Shown here one piece after another: positions 18,778-28,528 of a stretch of 64,000 nt of DNA. Below the pieces are notes generated by a model, which saw only the letters and a list, made by a program, of their open reading frames with translations, was not told the origin of the DNA and made no database searches. The position numbers and the translations under genes were made by a program. The first letter of the stretch is position 1; each line of letters begins with the position of its first letter. The DNA comes from an uncultured Rhodocyclaceae bacterium (GTDB taxonomy: Bacteria > Pseudomonadota > Gammaproteobacteria > Burkholderiales > Rhodocyclaceae): NCBI GenBank assembly GCA_964479195.1, contig CAYZLI010000001.1:28572-92571 (forward strand), written 5' to 3'.

Positions 18778-19526
18778 GCGACAACCCGAACCAGCGACGC
18801 CAGTTCCTCGCCGCCTCGGCAGCCGTGGCCGGCATGGCCGGCATGGCCGGCGTGGCAATAGCCCCCGGCATCCGCCTGATCGAAATCGCCTCCGCCCGTC
18901 CGGCCGAGCAAGCCGCCTCCGGCAAAGTGCGCTGGGGCATGTTCATCGACACCACCCGCTGCCAGACCGGCTGCACCGACTGCGTCAAGGCCTGCAACAA
19001 GGAAAACGGCCTGGGGGAGGTGACGCGCCCGCGCACCGACGCCCAGTGGATCCGCAAGATCGATCTCAAGGACCTGAAGACCGGCCACGCCGTGTCCCTG
19101 CCCATGATGTGCCAGCACTGCGCCAACCCACCCTGCGTGGATGTGTGCCCGACCGGCGCCTCCATGAAGCGCGCCGACGGCATCGTCCTGGTGGACCGCC
19201 ACATCTGCATCGGCTGCCGCTACTGCATGATGGCCTGCCCCTACAAGGCGCGCTCCTTCGTGCATGAGGAGCACACGGACCAGAACCCCGACGTGCCGCG
19301 GGGCAAGGGCTGCGTGGAAGGCTGCACCCTGTGCGTGCACCGCGTCGACCGCGACCAGCAGCCGGCCTGCGTCGAGGCCTGCGCCGCGGCCGGCCACAAC
19401 GCCATGCTGTTCGGCGACCTCAATGACTCGGCAAGCGAGATCTCCAAGCGCATCAAGGAGGTGGCCTCCACCCAGGTGCGCGCCGATCTCAAGCTCGATC
19501 CGGGCGTCCGCTACCAGGGGATCTAA
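18774..19526 (+). CDS. dsrO: DsrO Tat-exported Fe-S protein
   Basis: RRQFL Tat motif; CQHCANPPCVDVCP, CIGCRYCMMACPY. Confidence 0.95.
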   Translation: MSDNPNQRRQFLAASAAVAGMAGMAGVAIAPGIRLIEIASARPAEQAASGKVRWGMFIDTTRCQTGCTDCVKACNKENGLGEVTRPRTDAQWIRKIDLKDLKTGHAVSLPMMCQHCANPPCVDVCPTGASMKRADGIVLVDRHICIGCRYCMMACPYKARSFVHEEHTDQNPDVPRGKGCVEGCTLCVHRVDRDQQPACVEACAAAGHNAMLFGDLNDSASEISKRIKEVASTQVRADLKLDPGVRYQGI

Positions 19527-19530
19527 GGCT

Positions 19531-20742
19531 ATGGCCAGCGTCGTTTATCGGGAAATCGGCAACCGCAACGCCTTCTACGCCGTGCTGGCGCTGCTCGGTG
19601 GGTTTATCGCCCTGGGCGCCGGCGCTTTCTTGTACATGGAACACAACGGCCACATCGTGACCGGCATGGACAACCAGACCGTCTGGGGCATGCCGCACGT
19701 CTTCGCCGTGTTCCTCATCGTCGCCGCCTCGGGCGCGCTGAACGTCGCCTCCACCGCCTCGGTGTTCGGCAAGACGGTGTACAAGCCCCTGGCACCGCTC
19801 TCCGCCCTGCTCGCCTTCTCGCTCCTGCTGGGCGGTCTCACGGTGCTCATGCTCGACCTGGGCCGCTCCGACCGCCTCATCGTGGCGATGACCTATTACA
19901 ACTTCAAGTCGATCTTCGCGCTGAACGTCTTCCTCTACACCGGCTTCTTCGGCATCGTCGCCGCATACCTCTGGACGATGATGGAGCGACGCATGAACCC
20001 GTACTCGAAGCCCGCCGGGTTCGCCGCCTTCGTCTGGCGCCTGGCACTCACCACCGGTACCGGCTCCATTTTCGGTTTCCTGGTGGCACGCGATGCCTAT
20101 GACTCCGCCTTGTTGGCGCCCATGTTCATCGTCTTCTCCTTCGCCTACGGCACGGCCCTGTTCCTGCTCGTGCTGATGGCTGCCTGCCGCCTGGACGGCC
20201 GCGAGCTCGGCGATGCCATCGTCAGCCGCCTGAAGAACCTGCTCGGCACCTTCGTCGCCGCCTCGCTCTACTTTGTCACGGTGTTCCACCTGACCAAGCT
20301 GTATGTGACGAGGCTGCACGACGTCGAGCGCTTCATCCTCCTGGACGGCGGCATCCACACGACGCTGTTCTGGGCTGGCCAGGTGCTGGCGGGCGGGGTC
20401 GCCCCGCTGGTCATTCTGTTCCACCCGCGGCTGTCGAAGTCGCGCGGCTGGCTCGCCGCCGCCTGCCTGCTGATCGTCGCCGGCGGGCTGGCGCAGATGT
20501 ATGTCACCATCGTCGGCGCCCAGGCCTTCCCCCTGTCGATCTTCCCCGGCTACGAAGTCTCCAGCAGCTTCTTCGATGGCAAGGTGAACCCATACGAGCC
20601 CAGCCTTCCCGAAGTCCTGCTCGGCCTGGGCGGCTTCGCCCTAGCGCTCGCTGCCGTAACCGTGGCCGTCAAGGTGCTGCGCTTCGTGCCCGAGCGGCTG
20701 GATGATGCGGCCATGGACCCGCACCACGCCAAGCAGGCGTAA
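19531..20742 (+). CDS. dsrP: DsrP NrfD-family membrane protein
   Basis: TGM...WGMPHVFAVFLIVAASG, DLGR.DRL, multiple TMs. Confidence 0.95.
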   Translation: MASVVYREIGNRNAFYAVLALLGGFIALGAGAFLYMEHNGHIVTGMDNQTVWGMPHVFAVFLIVAASGALNVASTASVFGKTVYKPLAPLSALLAFSLLLGGLTVLMLDLGRSDRLIVAMTYYNFKSIFALNVFLYTGFFGIVAAYLWTMMERRMNPYSKPAGFAAFVWRLALTTGTGSIFGFLVARDAYDSALLAPMFIVFSFAYGTALFLLVLMAACRLDGRELGDAIVSRLKNLLGTFVAASLYFVTVFHLTKLYVTRLHDVERFILLDGGIHTTLFWAGQVLAGGVAPLVILFHPRLSKSRGWLAAACLLIVAGGLAQMYVTIVGAQAFPLSIFPGYEVSSSFFDGKVNPYEPSLPEVLLGLGGFALALAAVTVAVKVLRFVPERLDDAAMDPHHAKQA

Positions 20743-20744
20743 GC

Positions 20745-20768
20745 TCCGCGGGGGTTCCCCGCGGATTT
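20745..20768 (+). terminator. GC hairpin between dsrP and dsrN (weak terminator or mRNA stabiliser)
   Basis: tccgcgggg-gtt-ccccgcgga followed by ttt. Confidence 0.4.
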
Positions 20769-20773
20769 CGTGC

Positions 20774-22210
20774 ATGCACCGCTTTCTCATCTCCGCCGCC
20801 CACAAGTCCTCCGGCAAGACGACCATCAGCCTGGGGCTGGCGGCGGCGCTGAAACACCGCGGCCTGTCGGTGCAGGCCTACAAGAAGGGCCCGGACTACA
20901 TCGACCCCATCTGGCTCGGCATGGCCAGCGGCCGGACCTGCCGCAACCTGGATTTCTATCTCGCCCCCCCCGAGGAGCTGCGCGAACTCTACGCCCGCCA
21001 CGGCGCCGGCGCCGATGTCTGCCTGGTGGAAGGCAACAAGGGACTGTACGACGGCCTGGACCTGGCCGGCAGCAACAGCAACGCCGCCCTGGCCCAGCTC
21101 CTCGACCTGCCCGTGGTGCTGGTCCTCGATGCGCGCGGCATGACCCGGGGCATCGCCCCCCTGATCCTCGGCTACCAGGCCTTCGACCGGACCATCCGCA
21201 TCGCCGGCGTCATCCTCAACCGCCTCGGCGGCCGGCGCCACGAAGCCAAGCTGCGCGCCGTGATCGAGCATTACACGGACGTGCCGGTGCTGGGCGCCGT
21301 CGCGGAGAACCCGGAGCTGGCCATCGTCGAACGCCACCTGGGCCTGATGCCGGCCAACGAGTCCGGCGCCGCCCGGGAGCGCGTCGCCGCCATCGCCGCC
21401 ACCATCGGCCGGCAGGTCGATCTCGATCGCCTGCTGGAAGTCACCGCCAGCGACGAGCCCCTCCGTCCGCGGACGGCCGCCCCGGCCCGCAGTACGCAGC
21501 CCCGGCTGCGCATCGGCATCGCCCGGGACCAGGCCTTCGGCTTCTATTACGCGGACGACCTGGACGCCCTGGCGGCGGCCGGCGCCGAGCTGGTGCCCTT
21601 CAGCCCCATCGCCGACCCGCGCCTGCCGGAGGTGGACGCCCTGTTCCTCGGCGGCGGCTTCCCCGAGTGCTTCATGGCCGAGCTGGAGGCCAACGCGTCG
21701 ATGCGCCAGGCGGTGCATGACGCCATCGAGGACGGCATGCCCGCCTACGCCGAATGCGGCGGCCTGATGTACCTGGCCCGCAGCCTGGCCTGGCGCGGCG
21801 AGACGCGCCGCATGGCCGGCGCCATCGCCGGCGACGTGGTGATGCACGACAAGCCCGTCGGCCGCGGCTACGTCCGCCTGGCGCCGACGCAGGCCCACCC
21901 CTGGGTGGCGGCGAACGCCCATGCGGATGCGCTCCCGGGCGACATCCCGGCCCACGAGTTTCATTACTCGAGCCTGCAGAATCTCGCCCCCGGCACGGTG
22001 TTCGCCTACCGGGTGCTGCGCGGCTACGGCCTGGACGGCGAGCACGACGGCGTCGTCTACAAGAACCTGCTGGCCTCCTACACGCACCTGCGCAGCGCCG
22101 GCCACTGCGACTGGGCGAGCCGCTTCGTCGCCTTCGCCCGCCGCTGCCTGCGCCGCGAGAACCGGGACGCGGCCGCCGTCGCCGTATCGGTCGCCCAATC
22201 CACCCCCTGA
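20774..22210 (+). CDS. dsrN: DsrN siroheme amidase (CobB/CbiA-like)
   Basis: SSGKTT, KKGPDYID, EGNKGLYDG, AECGGLMYL, HEFHYS. Confidence 0.95.
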   Translation: MHRFLISAAHKSSGKTTISLGLAAALKHRGLSVQAYKKGPDYIDPIWLGMASGRTCRNLDFYLAPPEELRELYARHGAGADVCLVEGNKGLYDGLDLAGSNSNAALAQLLDLPVVLVLDARGMTRGIAPLILGYQAFDRTIRIAGVILNRLGGRRHEAKLRAVIEHYTDVPVLGAVAENPELAIVERHLGLMPANESGAARERVAAIAATIGRQVDLDRLLEVTASDEPLRPRTAAPARSTQPRLRIGIARDQAFGFYYADDLDALAAAGAELVPFSPIADPRLPEVDALFLGGGFPECFMAELEANASMRQAVHDAIEDGMPAYAECGGLMYLARSLAWRGETRRMAGAIAGDVVMHDKPVGRGYVRLAPTQAHPWVAANAHADALPGDIPAHEFHYSSLQNLAPGTVFAYRVLRGYGLDGEHDGVVYKNLLASYTHLRSAGHCDWASRFVAFARRCLRRENRDAAAVAVSVAQSTP

Positions 22211-22224
22211 CAAGGACTTACCCG

Positions 22225-22587
22225 ATGTTCACCCTCTCCCCCGCCGCCGCCACCCGCATCCTGGACTCCGCCGAACAAAGCGGCGCGGCCGGCATGGCCG
22301 TGCGCATTGCCGCCAAGATCGACGAGGACGGACAGGTCGTCTTCGGCCTGGGCTTCGACGAGGAGCGGGAACAGGACCTGTCCCTCCAGTGCGAGGGCGT
22401 CACGGTGCTGATCGCCCCTCCCAGCCAGGAGATTCTGGCCGGCATGATGCTGGACTTCGTCGAGGTGGAGCCGGACAACTGGCAGTTCGTCTTCTTCCAG
22501 TCCGCAGCCCCCGGCGGCTGCTCGACCGGTGGCAACAGCGGCTGCGGCGGCTGCGGCAGCCAGGGCGGCTGCTCCAGCGGCGCTTGA
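22225..22587 (+). CDS. dsrR: DsrR IscA/HesB-like protein with Cys/Gly-rich tail
   Basis: MFTLSPAAA..I, RIAAK...G...FGLGFD, LDFVE; position after dsrN. Confidence 0.85.
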   Translation: MFTLSPAAATRILDSAEQSGAAGMAVRIAAKIDEDGQVVFGLGFDEEREQDLSLQCEGVTVLIAPPSQEILAGMMLDFVEVEPDNWQFVFFQSAAPGGCSTGGNSGCGGCGSQGGCSSGA

Positions 22588-22618
22588 CCCAGCGCAATTG
22601 GCTCGCGGAAGCCATGGG

Positions 22619-22624
22619 TATAAT
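22619..22624 (+). promoter_or_regulatory. Possible sigma70 -10 box for cysG
   Basis: Perfect TATAAT in a GC-rich intergenic region; -35 unclear. Confidence 0.35.
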
Positions 22625-22643
22625 GGGCCAGACCATTTGCTGA

Positions 22644-22710
22644 CGCGGATTTACGCGGATACTCGCGGATTTCTTCTGGGTATAGCCGTGTCCATCCGCG
22701 TTAATCCGCG
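22644..22710. repeat. Palindromic element: 3x CGCGGAT (period 10) plus inverted copies
   Basis: cgcggat at 22644, 22654, 22664; atccgcg at 22694, 22704, degenerate copy at 22684. Confidence 0.8.
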
Positions 22711-22722
22711 CCGAAAGCTCCC

Positions 22723-24159
22723 ATGGATTACCTGCCCATTTTCCTGAACATCCGCGGCGAGCGCTGCGTCGTCGTGGGCGGCGGCACGGTGGCCGCCCGC
22801 AAGGCCGGCGTCCTGCGCGACTGCGGGGCCCGCGTCACGATCGTCTCCCCCGAGCTGGGGGAAGCCCTCGCCGTGGAAGCGGCCGAGGGCCGCGTCCAGC
22901 ATGTCGCCGCCCGCTTCGCCGACGCGCATCTGGACGGCGCCCTGGCCGTGGTCGCCGCCACGGACGAGCACGCGGTCAATGAGGCCGTCTACCGGGCCGC
23001 CAAGGCCCGGGGCATCCCGGTCAACGTCGTCGATTCCCCCGAGCTGTGCTCCTTCATCTTCCCCTCCATCGTGGATCGCTCGCCCATGGTGGTGGCGGTA
23101 TCCACCGGCGGCGCCTCGCCGGTGCTGGCCCGCATGATGCGCGCCCGGCTGGAAACCCTGATCCCGGCAGCCTACGGCCGGCTGGCCAAGCTGGCCGAGG
23201 CGTTCCGTGATCGCGTCAAGCAGCACTTCTCCAACCCGGCCCGGCGCCGCATTTTCTGGGAAAACGCCCTGCAGGGACCGTTCGCGGACATGGTGCTGGC
23301 GGGCAAGGAGCGGATGGCCGAGGAATGGCTGCAAAAAGAGCTCGCCGGCACCCCGGACGAACGGCCCCGCGGCGAGGTCTATCTCGTGGGCGCCGGTCCG
23401 GGCAACCCGGATCTGCTCACCTTCCGCGCCCTCAAGCTCATGCAGCAGGCCGACGTGGTCGTGCATGACCACCTGGTGCCGCCGGCCATCGTCAACCTGT
23501 GCCGGCGCGACGCCCAGCGCATCTATGTCGGCAAGCAGCGCAACGACCATACCCTGCGCCAGGAAGAGATCAATAAGCTCCTCGTCCGGCTGGCCGAGGA
23601 GGGCAAGCGCGTGCTGCGCCTGAAGGGCGGCGACCCCTTCATCTTCGGCCGTGGCGGCGAGGAGATCGAGACCCTGTCCGCCCACGGCGTGCGCTTCGAG
23701 GTGGTGCCGGGCATCACCGCCGCGGCGGGCGTGGCCTCCTATGCCGGCATCCCCCTCACCCACCGGGACTATTCCCACGCCTGCGTCTTCGTCACCGGCC
23801 ACCTCAAGGACGGCAGCATGGACCTGGACTGGCCGGCCCTGGCGCGCCCGGGCCAGACCGTGGTGATCTACATGGGCTTGCTCGGCCTGGCGGTGGCCTG
23901 CCGCGAGCTGATGGCCCACGGCCTGCCGGCGGACTGGCCGGCCGCCATCGTGCAGCAAGGCACCACCCACAAGCAGCGCGTGCTCATCGGCACGCTGGAA
24001 ACCCTGCCGCCGCTGGCGACGGCGGCGCAGCTCAGGCCACCGACGCTGATCATCGTCGGCGAGGTGGTGAAGCTGCACGACAAGCTGAAGTGGTTCGAGC
24101 CGGATCAGGCTCCCGACGTGGGCGCCTGGAAGAAAAGCGACAAGATCGCCGCGGTCTGA
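22723..24159 (+). CDS. cysG: Siroheme synthase CysG
   Basis: VVGGGTVAARK, VYLVGAGPGNPDLLT, RLKGGDPFIFGRGGEE. Confidence 0.97.
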   Translation: MDYLPIFLNIRGERCVVVGGGTVAARKAGVLRDCGARVTIVSPELGEALAVEAAEGRVQHVAARFADAHLDGALAVVAATDEHAVNEAVYRAAKARGIPVNVVDSPELCSFIFPSIVDRSPMVVAVSTGGASPVLARMMRARLETLIPAAYGRLAKLAEAFRDRVKQHFSNPARRRIFWENALQGPFADMVLAGKERMAEEWLQKELAGTPDERPRGEVYLVGAGPGNPDLLTFRALKLMQQADVVVHDHLVPPAIVNLCRRDAQRIYVGKQRNDHTLRQEEINKLLVRLAEEGKRVLRLKGGDPFIFGRGGEEIETLSAHGVRFEVVPGITAAAGVASYAGIPLTHRDYSHACVFVTGHLKDGSMDLDWPALARPGQTVVIYMGLLGLAVACRELMAHGLPADWPAAIVQQGTTHKQRVLIGTLETLPPLATAAQLRPPTLIIVGEVVKLHDKLKWFEPDQAPDVGAWKKSDKIAAV

Positions 24160-24276
24160 CCCCGGCCGCCTCCGAACCCCTGCCGCGAGATCAACTGCCG
24201 CGCTGTCGGCGGCTGGCGGCACTCACGGCCGGTCGCATCCCCGCTGCGCGGGGCCCCTGCTTCCTGTTCGTGCCGA

Positions 24277-24945
24277 CTACTTCTCCGCCGCCGGCCGCAT
24301 CTTCTGCTCCACGGCGAACACCGCCGCTTCGACGCGGGAGGTGAGGTTGAGCTTGGACAGGATGTGGCGCACGTGCAGCTTGACCGTGTCGTGGGAGATG
24401 TCCAGCGCCCGGGCAATGGCCTTGTTGGACAGCCCGTGCGCCAAGTGATCCAGGATCTCCCGCTCGCGGCCGGTAAGGTGCGCGAGCAGGTTCTCCCGCG
24501 TGGCGCTCTTCGGCCCCGTCTGCAGGAGATTGACCAGCTTCAGGGTCATGGCCGGCGCCACCACCGTCTCGCCGCGCACCGCCCGCTGGATGGCATCCAC
24601 CACGTCGTCCGGCTCCATGTCCTTGAGCAGGTAGCCGCGCGCCCCGGCGCGCATGGCGTTGGCCAGGTCGTCCTCCGCATCGCTCACGGTGAGGATCAGC
24701 GTGGGCCCCGTCCAGCCCGCCGCCTGCAGCTCCCGCAGCAGGGCCAGTCCGCCGTGGGGCGGCATGTTGAGGTCCAGGATCAGCACCTCGGGCCGCTGCT
24801 CCTGGAGCAGGTGGGAAGCCTCGTCCGGATTGCTGGTGGCGCCGACCACCCGGATGCCGTCCCGTCCATCGAGCAGTTCCGCCAGTCCCTTGCGGAACAG
24901 GGTGTGGTCGTCGACCAGCATCACCTTGGTGACGCTTTCCGTCAT
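24277..24945 (-). CDS. NarL/LuxR-family response regulator
   Basis: LVDDH..FRKG, LDLNMP, GARGYLLKD, LTGRE.EIL...GLSNKAIA...TVKLHVR. Confidence 0.93.
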   Translation of the reverse strand: MTESVTKVMLVDDHTLFRKGLAELLDGRDGIRVVGATSNPDEASHLLQEQRPEVLILDLNMPPHGGLALLRELQAAGWTGPTLILTVSDAEDDLANAMRAGARGYLLKDMEPDDVVDAIQRAVRGETVVAPAMTLKLVNLLQTGPKSATRENLLAHLTGREREILDHLAHGLSNKAIARALDISHDTVKLHVRHILSKLNLTSRVEAAVFAVEQKMRPAAEK

Positions 24946-24980
24946 GCGGTCTCCCATCCGAGCTCGGCGCCGCAGGCGCC

Positions 24981-25027
24981 CACGACGTTCCCTTCCCCCT
25001 CTACGGGGGAAGGGCTAGGGATGAGGG
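24981..25027 (+). repeat. Palindromic repeat family A copy
   Basis: cacgacgtt-cccttccccc-tctac-gggggaaggg-ctagggatgaggg. Confidence 0.75.
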
Positions 25028-25042
25028 TGCGGAGGTCGAGTT

Positions 25043-26272
25043 TCATGGGGTCTCCGATTTGTTCTTGGCAACGGGCACCAGCAGGCGCAGGCGGGCGCCT
25101 CCTTGCCGCCGGTTGGCCAGTTCGATCGTGCCGCCCAGGCGCTGGGCGCGCTCGCGCATGATGCTGATGCCGAAATGGTGGCGCAGCTCCGGCTGGGCGC
25201 CCAGGACGAAGACGCCGCGGCCGTCGTCCTCCACCGTGAAGCCGTAGCTGTCGCCGACCATCTCCAGGCTGATCTTCGCCTGCTTGGCGCCCGAATGGCG
25301 CACCACGTTGGCCAGCGCTTCCTGCATGATGTGGAACACCTGCACCTCCTGGTCCACCGTGAGGTTGAGGTCGGGGATGCGGTTCTCGAAATCGAGCCGG
25401 ATGCCGGTCCGGTCGTAGAAGGCGGCGACGATCTCCTCGAGGGCATGCACCAGGCCCAGGGGATCCATGCGGCTGCGGAACTGGGTGAGCAGCTCGCGCA
25501 ACGAGGCGTAGGCCTGGTCCAGGGCCTGCTGGATGTCGCCCGTGTACTTGAGGGCCTGGCCGTTCTCGTAGGAGAGCAGCGCCTCCCGCAGCAACTCGAT
25601 GCGCATCTTCATGTAGGCCATGGTCTGGGCGAGGGAGTCGTGCACCTCGTTGGCCATCATCTGCCGCTCGGTCATGAGGGTCATGCGCAGGTTCTCGCAC
25701 ATCAGCCGGGAGTTCTCCAGGGCCATGGCCAGATGCTCGCTGATGGAGCAGAAGAGCAGCGACACCTCCTCGGGTATCTGGCGTTCCTCGGTCATGTAGA
25801 GGTTGTAGGCGCCGAGCAGCCGGCCGTTGTGCTCCAGGGGCACCACCACCATGGAACGGCACCGGTCGAAGTAAGGCAGATGGGTGCGATCGACGCAGGG
25901 CTTGAAATCCCGCGTGTGCCGGACCTCGTCGTTGCGCACGGCCATGCCGCACACGCCGCAGTCGATCGCCACCAGTTGCTCGCGCTCGATCACCTCGGGC
26001 GGCAGCCCCAGGGAGGCGGCGAGCCGCAAGTGCTGGCCGTCGCTGGTGAGCACGCGCACGGCGCCGGCCGAGGCGCCGGCGAGCCGGACCATCATGCTGA
26101 GGAAGCGGTTGAGCAGGGCGTCCAGGTCGTACTCGGAGGCCAGCGTCGCCGTGACCTCCGAGAGGATGCGCAGGGCCTGGACCTTCCCGCTCTCGTCCTT
26201 TCTGAGCTCGCCGCCGGCCTGCCGCGGCAGGGGATCGCCCTGGTTCATTGTCGTCTCCACCATCCGTTGCAC
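25043..26272 (-). CDS. Cytoplasmic GAF-domain NarX-like (HisKA_3) histidine kinase
   Basis: ERQMMANEVHDSLAQ, QEALANVVRHS, EDDGRG, HFGISIMRERA; no TM segment; start approximate. Confidence 0.9.
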   Translation of the reverse strand: MQRMVETTMNQGDPLPRQAGGELRKDESGKVQALRILSEVTATLASEYDLDALLNRFLSMMVRLAGASAGAVRVLTSDGQHLRLAASLGLPPEVIEREQLVAIDCGVCGMAVRNDEVRHTRDFKPCVDRTHLPYFDRCRSMVVVPLEHNGRLLGAYNLYMTEERQIPEEVSLLFCSISEHLAMALENSRLMCENLRMTLMTERQMMANEVHDSLAQTMAYMKMRIELLREALLSYENGQALKYTGDIQQALDQAYASLRELLTQFRSRMDPLGLVHALEEIVAAFYDRTGIRLDFENRIPDLNLTVDQEVQVFHIMQEALANVVRHSGAKQAKISLEMVGDSYGFTVEDDGRGVFVLGAQPELRHHFGISIMRERAQRLGGTIELANRRQGGARLRLLVPVAKNKSETP

Positions 26273-26334
26273 CCGGTGCGCGGGGCCCGCAGGCGCCCTG
26301 CCAAGTCTTTATTGCGGCGATTTTACACCGCGTA

Positions 26335-26352
26335 AGTATTTACTGAAATACT
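26335..26352. promoter_or_regulatory. 7-4-7 palindrome upstream of the GAF kinase gene
   Basis: AGTATTT-actg-AAATACT in an AT-rich intergenic region. Confidence 0.45.
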
Positions 26353-26399
26353 AATCAAAACGGCTGCACAACGGGGCGCGGCCCGTCGGGATTCCCGCC

Positions 26400-27089
26400 C
26401 TACCCCTTGCCCGGCCGTTCATGCCCGCCCGCACCCGGCGACCGAACCCCCGGAGACTCCCGTTTCACCGCGAGCACCGCCGCCTCGGTGCGGCTGCGCA
26501 CCTGCAGCTTCTGCAGTATGAGCGTCACGTAATGCTTCACGGTCTTCTCCGCAAGGTGCAGGCGCTCGCCGATTTCGCGATTGGTGCAACCCTGACCGAT
26601 CAGGCCCAGGACCTCGGCCTCCCGCGCCGTAAGTTCGCACAGCGGATCGGACGCAACCGGGCGGGAAAACTCGAAGAGCAGCTCCGCGGCCAGCGCCGGC
26701 GTGATGTAGGCCTCCCCGCCGGCGACCCGGCGCGCGGCGGAGCGCAGCTCGCTCGCCGACACGCCTTTCAGGACGTAGCCGTGCGCGCCGGCCTTCAAGG
26801 CGGCAAACAGGCTGTCCCGATCCTCGGACACGGTGAGCATCATGATGCGCACCCCCGGCAAGTCCGCGGCGATCTGCCCCGCGGCGGCAATGCCCCCCAT
26901 GCCGGGCATGCCGATGTCCAGCAGCACCATGTCGGGACGCAGGCGGTGCGCGAGTTCCACGGCCTCTTCCGCGCTACCCGCCTGGGCGACGACCTCGAGG
27001 TCGGCGTCGGCGCCCAGGGAGTGGGCGACCCCCTCCCGGAACAACGGATGATCGTCGGCGAGCAGGATGCGGATTGGACCGGTGCCCAT
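26400..27089 (-). CDS. LuxR-family response regulator
   Basis: LADDHPLFREG, LLDIGMP, LTAREAEVL...TNREIG...TVKHYV. Confidence 0.93.
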   Translation of the reverse strand: MGTGPIRILLADDHPLFREGVAHSLGADADLEVVAQAGSAEEAVELAHRLRPDMVLLDIGMPGMGGIAAAGQIAADLPGVRIMMLTVSEDRDSLFAALKAGAHGYVLKGVSASELRSAARRVAGGEAYITPALAAELLFEFSRPVASDPLCELTAREAEVLGLIGQGCTNREIGERLHLAEKTVKHYVTLILQKLQVRSRTEAAVLAVKRESPGVRSPGAGGHERPGKG

Positions 27090-27121
27090 TTCAATATCCC
27101 CTTCGTGCGTCGAGCCGGCGG

Positions 27122-28528
27122 CTACGCATTCGCGACCTCGTCGGTGGTCAGGGGCAGCCGGGCCCGGACCAGCGTGCCGCGTCCCGGGGCGGCGTCGACC
27201 TCGAGCACTCCGCCCAGCAGCCGGGCGCGCTCATGCATGAAGGTCAGCCCGAGCCGTCCGGCCGAGGAGGCGGACTGGGGATCGAAGCCGGGACCCTGGT
27301 CGGCAACCTCGACGAGCACCTCACCGTCCTCCTGGCCCACCCGCACCCGCTGCGCGCTGCCGCGCGCATGCCACCAGCCGTTGGTCAGCGCCTCCTGGAT
27401 CAGCCGGTAGACGGTGATCTTGAGCGCGAGCGAGGCCTCGCCCGGCGTGGCGTCGATCGCAGTTTCGACGGTAGCCCCCGACTTGCGCTCGAAATCGCGC
27501 ACCGCACGCCGCGCCATATCGGCCAGCGAAAGGCTTTCAGTGCCCGGCGGCATGCGCAGGCCCGAGGCGATCGCTCTCAGCTCCTCGAGCGAGGACTGCA
27601 ATGCCTTGTGGATCGTCCTGACATCGCCGCCCGCGTTCAGCCTGCAGGGGTTGCACGCCTGGACAAGCGTCTCGAAGCGCAGCAGTGCCAGGGCCATATC
27701 CTGCGCCGGTCCATCATGCAGGTCCGCGGCCACCCTTTGCAGGAACTGCTCGTTGAGCGCCGTGGTGCGTGCGCCCGCCTCCCGCAGCCGTTCGCGCATC
27801 CGTTCGTTCTCGTCGAGCGCCAGGCGCAGGTCGTCCAGTTTGCGCCGCAGGTCATTGCGCTGCCCGAGGATCGTGTTGCTGGCGCGGCGCACCAGGCCCA
27901 GCAGCAGCAGGTAGGTCGCTGCCACGCCTGCCACGACGAGTACCCAGCCACGCCGCTGTGCGGCCCGGATTTCGCGGCCCAGGTTCTCCACGGAATGGTA
28001 GAACTCGGCGACGGCGGTGACCCGGCCGTCCTTCCCGTGCACCGGCACGTAGACCTCCAGCAGCCTCGGCCAGTGCTCGCGCTCCATGATTTCTTGCGGT
28101 TCATCGAGGATGCTCATCGCGCTTTTCATCTCGCCGGCAAGCGCCGCGGCCAGGTGTCCCGTGACGGGGAAGCGGAGCCCCTCCTGGCCGTGGTCGCTGC
28201 TGTAGAGAACCGTTCCGTCGGGATTCCAGAGCTTGAAGCGGACCACTTTGTGGTGCAGCGGCCCTTGCACGAACAGGCGGTCGAGGGACTCCCGGGTTTC
28301 CTGGGTCAGCGCGCCGGCGGCCGACCGTTCCAGCAACTGCGCTTCGAGGATGCCGTCGACATAGAGCGCGGTGATCGCCGCGGCGCGGTTGGCCGCGCTG
28401 GTTTCCAACTGGCGTTCCAGCCAGAGCCCGATGGTCAAGGTGCCCCCGACGAGGATCAGCACGCTCAACAGCAGGAACTGACGCGAGAAGCTCAGACGGC
28501 TGAAGGGTCGGTTCAGTGCTGCCAACAT
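27122..28528 (-). CDS. Membrane sensor histidine kinase (HisKA_3)
   Basis: Two TMs flanking a periplasmic domain; ADLHDGPAQ, QEALTN, DQGPGF. Confidence 0.9.
   Translation of the reverse strand: MLAALNRPFSRLSFSRQFLLLSVLILVGGTLTIGLWLERQLETSAANRAAAITALYVDGILEAQLLERSAAGALTQETRESLDRLFVQGPLHHKVVRFKLWNPDGTVLYSSDHGQEGLRFPVTGHLAAALAGEMKSAMSILDEPQEIMEREHWPRLLEVYVPVHGKDGRVTAVAEFYHSVENLGREIRAAQRRGWVLVVAGVAATYLLLLGLVRRASNTILGQRNDLRRKLDDLRLALDENERMRERLREAGARTTALNEQFLQRVAADLHDGPAQDMALALLRFETLVQACNPCRLNAGGDVRTIHKALQSSLEELRAIASGLRMPPGTESLSLADMARRAVRDFERKSGATVETAIDATPGEASLALKITVYRLIQEALTNGWWHARGSAQRVRVGQEDGEVLVEVADQGPGFDPQSASSAGRLGLTFMHERARLLGGVLEVDAAPGRGTLVRARLPLTTDEVANA

Noticed and set aside
25043..26272. 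Canonical nitrate sensor NarX
   Set aside because: No transmembrane helices or periplasmic P-box.
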